Of a stretch of 64,000 nucleotides of DNA, positions 57,285 to 64,000 are shown piece by piece; the first letter of the stretch is position 1; each line of letters starts with the position of its first letter. A program made the translations under genes and the position numbers. The stretch is from positions 98,022,001 through 98,086,000 of the forward strand of contig OZ024745.1 of the NCBI GenBank assembly GCA_964016885.1, read 5' to 3'. The notes under the pieces were generated by a model. That model searched no databases, was not told the origin of the DNA, and worked only from the letters and a program-made list of their open reading frames with translations. This DNA is from Eledone cirrhosa. Taxonomy: Eukaryota.

Positions 57285-57515
57285 TTATCCCGGTTTCATG
57301 GCGTGAAGCAACTGAGAGTATAAGACTTTCCCCTGGACAGGACGCCAGTCTATCGCAGGGTTAAACCTCCAGCTATTGCTGGTACTCATTTTCAGCTGAG
57401 TATACTGGAGCAACGTGGAATGAAGTGTTTTGCTCAAGAGCACAACATGCAACCCAGGAATCGAACCCACGACATTATGATAGTAAGCCAAACACCCTTA
57501 CCTCTAGGCCGCCAC
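57285..57515 (-). mobile_element. tRNA-derived SINE, family B, full length
   Basis: GGGTTCGATTCC B-box, CTTGAGCAAAACACTT, TGCGATAGACTGGCGTCCTGTCCAGGG. Confidence 0.8.
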
Positions 57516-58569
57516 TATACTTCCTCCATTATGGTAGCCTAAATACTTATCTAGGCTTTCTATTATTATTTTTATCGAATAAAAGACAACATTTATTGAG
57601 GAATAATTTTCTATAATCGTTGTAGAAGCATCGTCTAGAGGCAAATATCCCCAAATATTCAATAACTGGATGACCAACGAAATCTTCATATTGATGTAAA
57701 TTCTAAATAACTCTAAATATAAGACTTACCGCTATCAAAAATAAACTGCAGGTGAATTCGGCATAAATTCAATCAGACCAGCCTACCTTCTTATACACCC
57801 TTTAATCAGAAGAGGAAAGGCAACGCCAACAACCTTTACGGGACCCCCGAGACTTTTGGAGATAAAAGAAAGGAAGAAACCACAGTTTACGAATATACCA
57901 TCTAACCAGTGACCTGATCTAAACGATAAATGAATCCCAGGCCAGATATTAGTGTTAAATCGGACGACAGCTTAGATTTATAACCTAAGAAAGATTACAG
58001 TCTGACGGGCTTCCACACAGTTTCTGTTTGCCCAATTTCATTGACAATGCTTGGGTTGACCCGTGACTAAAATTGTTTATTCAAAAGATGAACAGTAATA
58101 CCAGAGTTTGTATTTAGTCATAAATGTCTCCATAGATTGTGTAGATCTAATAAATTATATAACGATGCATCAAGACAAACATTTGCATAGAAATAGTTTG
58201 GTCATGAGGCAGAGACAGTAATCATAACTTGCTAGAGGGTTTGATACGGTTGGTTGTCAGTTTAAACAGTTGTTCGTCGACATGTGCAGGGGAAAATGTA
58301 GACGAGAAGAGAATTCCAGGAGGTTGATGTTTAGGGAGAGAAAGGCATGTTGAGTGCATGGTGTGGGGAAGTAACACAGAGTAAGGGTGACAAGAGAAGA
58401 AAGAGATGGGAATGTCGGATGGCTCTGAATGGGATGGATATGAAATTACCAATTATCTCAGAAGCACGGAGTCATTTAGTAGTAGCGATAAATAAGAAGG
58501 ATGAGGAGTCGGTTAGTGAGCCAGAGGTTGTTGTGTGTTGGTGAGGGAAATACTGCCATGCAGATGTTT

Positions 58570-58983
58570 CATACATACATACATAAATACATACATAAAT
58601 ACATGCATACATACATACATACATGCATACATACATAAATACATAGATATATAATACATGCATACATACATACATGCATACATACATAAATACATACATA
58701 TATACATACATGCATACATACATACATGCATACATGCATACATACATACATGCATACATACATAAATACATGCATACATACATGCATACATACATAAATA
58801 CATGCATGCATACATACATGCATACATACATACATGCATACATACATAAGTACATTCATGCATACATATATGCATATATACATATATACATGCATGCATA
58901 CATACATGCATACATACATACATACATACATACATACATACATACATACATACATACATACATACATACATACATACATACAT
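58570..58983. repeat. (CATA/CATG)n microsatellite
   Basis: Seen directly. Confidence 0.95.
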
Positions 58984-58984
58984 T

Positions 58985-59610
58985 GACGTACATAATATGA
59001 AAGAGTACTGGTGGAATGTTCCAGTAAAACCCCCAATAAAATGCAGACATAACAGACCAGATATTATGATATGGGACAAGGAGAAGAAAGCATGCACAGT
59101 AGTGGAAATTAGCTGCCCAGCAGATGCCAATATAATATCAAAGATTAGCGAAAAGAAGAATATTTATGCAGAACTGATGAGAATCTGCAGATACTCCACC
59201 CTGATTACACCTTCAGATTTATGCCTGTGGTTATTGGGACACTGGGGTATGTTAGTAACTGCCTCAATACAAATCTTGAGAAGCTAGGCTTCACAGGAAC
59301 GGAAAGAACACAACTAGTTAGGAAATTACAAGTACAATCCATTAATGGAACAGTGAAAATATGTAAAACATTCCAAAAATTTTGTATCTAATAACTGCAT
59401 ATACACATGTACAGATACAAAGCATATACACATGCACACATACAACTCAAAATATACACATCCACACATACAATAACATCCATATCTACACATGCATACA
59501 TATCTACCTAGTTGATGTGTAAATTCCAATGAGAGAATCTTGTGTCTATGTTAGAAACCGACTCTCTCTCTATTGGGAAAACAATTTGTGAAATTATAAA
59601 ACCAGAAGAA
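58985..59610 (+). mobile_element. R4/Dong-like LINE 3' end (restriction-like endonuclease + 3' UTR) in (CATA)n
   Basis: HNRPDIMIWDK...VVEISCP...EKKNIY, frameshift, FMPVVIGTLG...GTVKICKTF. Confidence 0.85.
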
Positions 59611-59636
59611 CATACATGCATACATACATACATACA

Positions 59637-60247
59637 TGGTGGCTGCCAACTCGTTTTCGAGTACGGCCACTACTCTATATCCATGTAGGAGAACCCCTAC
59701 CGAACCCCTACGAGTGTCACTTTTTAGCCCAGCCAGCGACTTGAAAACTCTGGTACAAACACTACACTTGTGACAATTATTGACACATAGTGCTGGGCCC
59801 ATGGTACCATGTGACGACAAGTGCAGAGAGATCTCCAGATATAAAGCAATGCCTGTGCCGTGAAGCTTTTATAGTGAGCAAAGGCACTGTACAAAGCCAG
59901 TCCCACTCTCTTAACCAAGATAATATTTACCAAAAAGAAGAACAAGTCAACATCATTGGATACCATCAGGGTTGCAGGTGTTATATCAGAGTTTTCCTTC
60001 TCCTATAATTCTGCATTGACAAAGGCTAAGGGGTCATCTCTCCCGGTGATTTTGGATGGCCATTGACTCTTAAGAGCTCCTTTGCCCTTTGACAGGTTTT
60101 GTTTTTAGTCCTGCAGGATGTCCAAAGTCACCCTCCTCACCAAGAAACCTTGGAGGGGTTGCCAGTTTAGTCGCCAACGACCCGACCATGAGACAGGTTG
60201 TACTGGGATACATGTTACCAGTAGCACCAACTGGTGACCTGACATTA
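59637..60247 (-). mobile_element. Internally deleted RTE-like element in (CATA)n
   Basis: C-terminal Zn-finger-like CSVCTRVFKSLAGLKSDTR near the 3' end; structured 5' end; (ATGT)n on both sides. Confidence 0.55.
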
Positions 60248-61040
60248 ATACATACATACATACATACATACATACATACATACATACATACATACATACA
60301 TACATACATACATACAGCGTTAGTTATAAGAATCAGGGTATCTGATGTTATGGAGATATTTTAAATACTAAAGAATAACCACATCACAATGGGGAAGACC
60401 TTGTTTATATAACTTCACTTCTATCACACTGAAATATTTCTTGTGGTATGCAATTAACTTCCTAGTGTTTAAGGCATATGATGTGGAACTCCATCGGTTT
60501 CGACGATGGGTGTTCCCGTTGTTTGATCAACAGAACAGCCGACTCATGAAATTAACTAGTAAGCGGCTTTAATCAGGGAGATTCAGCATAGTATGAGACA
60601 AGGCTGGCTCTTTGCATTGGAGGTACAGTCCATCCGGGGCACTTTCAAATACTTTTCGACTGCACAATTTCACTCATAAGTCATATGGTAAAATGTCTTC
60701 CAAGATACCACGCAATAGGATTTGAAACCGTGGCCTAATGATTGCAGCGTCCACTTAGGATATATAACTAAAATGAAAATGAAACGATTTTTAATAAATT
60801 CACATGGTAACTGTAATAAAGTTGGGACGACCAGTTTATCGGTCAGTCATTTTCTTTAATCAACAGTTTCATGGATGCAAGTTTAAGAGGTCATCTGCTT
60901 CTTTCCGCTATGTTTAAACTGGACAAAAAAAAAAAAAAAAAAAAAAAAAAACAGAGGTTATTTTTGGTTTAGTCTTAAATCATCCTTCATCATGCAGTTA
61001 AAATATATTTATATTTCAGCAGTGACGATTTCGTCTTTAA

Positions 61041-61261
61041 CCATTTAGCATTTACATTACTTTATATTTACTTTTGTATTTTTGTGGTAAAGGCTTTATC
61101 TTACATAATTATCTCACATAATATTGAATCTATGAGATTTTGATATTATTTATTTTGAGAACAATAACTTAATATCAGTATGAGCGGCCGATTATGACCT
61201 GTTTGAACAGAAAGAGGTGAGTGAATCCTGGCCGGATATGGCCGGTTTAAATGCTAAAGGG
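61041..61261. mobile_element. piggyBac-family MITE
   Basis: TTAA|CCATTTAGCATTTA ... TAAATGCTAAAGGG|TTAA. Confidence 0.82.
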
Positions 61262-61793
61262 TTAATCCAGACATTATGCATCGAGGAATATATTATATAG
61301 TGTTTCCTTCCTTTTTAAAGATGGTAGACTGTGATTTGTAGTAGATTTGATGGTGCTATTGTTATTTACTCCAAGATCGAACAAACCTATAACCAAAGAC
61401 TTTACACACATGTCCTCCTGTCTTTTGTATACCAGAGTTTACCTTGTCCGACGTGTTCCTGCTTTTTGATCATGATTAGGTGTTATTTGGGAGAGATCTG
61501 ACTGTTATTTCTAGCAGGTTGAAGAAGTATATAGACGTTTCCTTGTAAGTATTTGATCGACAACGCTGCTGTTCTCTTTTCTCTTCCAGAACAAAGCAAA
61601 ATATTAATAAACATTACTGCAACAATTATAGCAAGAGTTCAAACGTGGACTAAAGCTATTTTTAATCATATCTTGAGCTGTAATCACATTGATTTTTTTT
61701 TCCGACATTATTTACTTGTCTGTGGCTCAGACTGATTCATCACTTCTGTGTTGCTACATAAAATAAGCCGTCTTAATCATTTGCAGTATTCAA

Positions 61794-61985
61794 GGCGGTG
61801 GATTGGCAGTATCGGTAGGGAGTCGGACGCCATGCTTTGACGCAAAGAGTTACGTCCCTTCCCATTCTGAGTTCAAATCCCGTCGAGGTTAACTTTGCCT
61901 TTCATCCTTACGGGGTCGATAAAATAAAGTACCAGTAATACACTGGGTATTTGCTGGCCTTGTGCCAAAAGTAGAAACAATTATT
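61794..61985 (+). mobile_element. SINE family A
   Basis: Head, core and tail all present. Confidence 0.85.
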
Positions 61986-62434
61986 CACCATGTCAACAAA
62001 GGGTATTTTCCAGTTCCAGTGATTAGTATAATAGTATCTAATGTGACAATCGATTTTTGTTGTTGTTGTTGTTTTAAATCTTGATTGGTGCGACAAAGTT
62101 TATTTCAACTTCCATTCTAAAAATACCGTATTTTATATGTTCTTCATATCTATCTACTACTATCTGTACTACAAATAATGATGGTGTTATATCCACCCCC
62201 AACTAGAAACGTCTAGAAGGAAAAATAACACAGGAGAACAATACAGTACAAGGAGAATATATATTAGTTTAACGCTTGATATATTAGGAAAAGAGTTTTA
62301 ACATTTCAGATGTTAGTTCTTTTTTTTAAAGATAGAATAAAAATAGAGGAACTAGAAGGATAGATGAGAAGAAAAGGAGGAAAGGGAATTTTTTTTATTT
62401 CATGCGAGGAACAGAGGAACAGAGGAACAAACGC

Positions 62435-62523
<89 letters not shown>

Positions 62524-62631
62524 AATAAATTAACGGAGCCATAGACTCTCGTTATTCCCTGTAAATTATGTGCTCAAAGGAAAAGGAATCCTGAGCTCTT
62601 TAAAATACAATATGTTGAAAGAGTAACACAC

Positions 62632-62700
<69 letters not shown>

Positions 62701-62842
62701 TGTGCCATCAATAAAACAGGGAAAACCACCAGTGTATGGAATCTATAATCTATGGAAGGCAGGGTAGACACACAATAATTAAAAATATAAATTAAAATGT
62801 ATATACGCACCTCTATAACTATATAACACACGCGTACAAATC

Positions 62843-62905
62843 CAAAGAGATGTTTCGCCAGGAAATTGTTGACTGAAATGGAATAGCCTATGGCTCATCA
62901 GCTCA
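62843..62905 (-). ncRNA. Decayed type I hammerhead
   Basis: GAG-CTGATGA-GCCA..TGGC-GAAA-CATC-TC-TTT; stems I and III imperfect. Confidence 0.5.
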
Positions 62906-63005
62906 TGTAAGAATATACATTCCAGACAACTCTAAGAAACTCTAAGACAACCGTCCAGCACACATTCTCTCTCTCTCTCCAGTGGGTTACCCTTTCAACA
63001 TATTG

Positions 63006-63126
<121 letters not shown>

Positions 63127-63133
63127 TGTGTGC

Positions 63134-63162
<29 letters not shown>

Positions 63163-63165
<3 letters not shown>

Positions 63166-63939
63166 TACGAATACTCCTATGTTTTACCGGCGAAGATTCG
63201 ATACTGAATCTGAAGATTCTCGCCTCTGAGACCACCTATTGTTTGAAGTTCCCACGATTGTCCTGTCAAGAAACGTACATACCACTTGACCTGTGACCCC
63301 AGCTTGTAGAGAGAGAAAACTCAGATGGCTGATCATAAATCAACACATATCCATATCCTTATATCTATAGCATTATTATAAATACAAGGACTTGGGGAAA
63401 TCCAGCAGCCAGACCCAAGCAAGCAGTCCGTGTTAAGGTTAACGATGTAGCAGTCCTTTCACTCTCCCTCTGTCTCTCCTGGCCTTACTGGCTTTCACCT
63501 TCTCGGACACAGACTACAGCCAGACAAAAGACCGAAGCAATAGTCCTAGAGAGAATAACGATGTAGCCAATTCACTTTTACTCTATCTCGCTCTCCTGGC
63601 CTCACTGGCTCTCACCCTCTCGGCCACGGACTACGCCACCAGACAAGAGACCACGAAGCAAGCAGCCTTTGAGAGGAATAACGATTACTAAGGATACACA
63701 TATACACACACACTCAGTAGGTTTCATTATACTGTTTTACTTCTGTGTTTTGTCTATTCTTTCTCGTCTTCCTGTTGAATCACTTCTATTGTATCGTCGT
63801 ATTGACACATGCATACACGCTAGCTAGGAGTAGCTAGTCAGAAAATAATGTAGTGATAAATCCTGTCATAAATATTATTACTCGATGTTCAAGGTACCAA
63901 CAAGTGAATATTGTTATTGTAAAATAAACATTGTTAACA
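63163..63939 (+). mobile_element. Possible solo LTR with an internal ~120-bp tandem repeat (~63410-63685)
   Basis: TGTTA...TAACA termini, AATAAA near the 3' end; no TSD or PBS confirmed. Confidence 0.35.
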
Positions 63940-64000
63940 TCACAATTCTGGCATTATTCTTTTCATCATTCATCCCGAAAAGAATACACTTATTCACTAC

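Overview
Eukaryotic, AT-rich, gene-poor DNA saturated with microsatellites ((TA)n, (CA)n, (GA)n, (CATA)n, (TAC)n), minisatellites and transposon debris. The SINE content suggests a mollusc, probably a cephalopod (inference). No host protein-coding gene can be supported, and almost all ORFs in the track are simple-repeat artefacts. Real coding remnants are three or four Penelope-like elements (RT/GIY-YIG) and fragments of R4/Dong-, CRE-, RTE-, L1/Tx1-type LINEs and a mariner. Also present: many tRNA-derived SINEs, two non-autonomous Helitrons, hAT and piggyBac MITEs, and a 6-kb 16-bp satellite. The main result is a high density of hammerhead-ribozyme motifs (about 20 candidates in roughly 10 families), mostly in small non-coding elements inserted in (TA)n. 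One family (4 copies) has the core segments in the order UH -> GAAA -> CUGAUGA, a non-circular permutation, held by six helices, four of which covary clearly between copies. It sits in ~520-530 nt retrozyme-like units inserted as differently permuted, longer-than-unit copies. All RNA structures were paired by eye and none has been tested.
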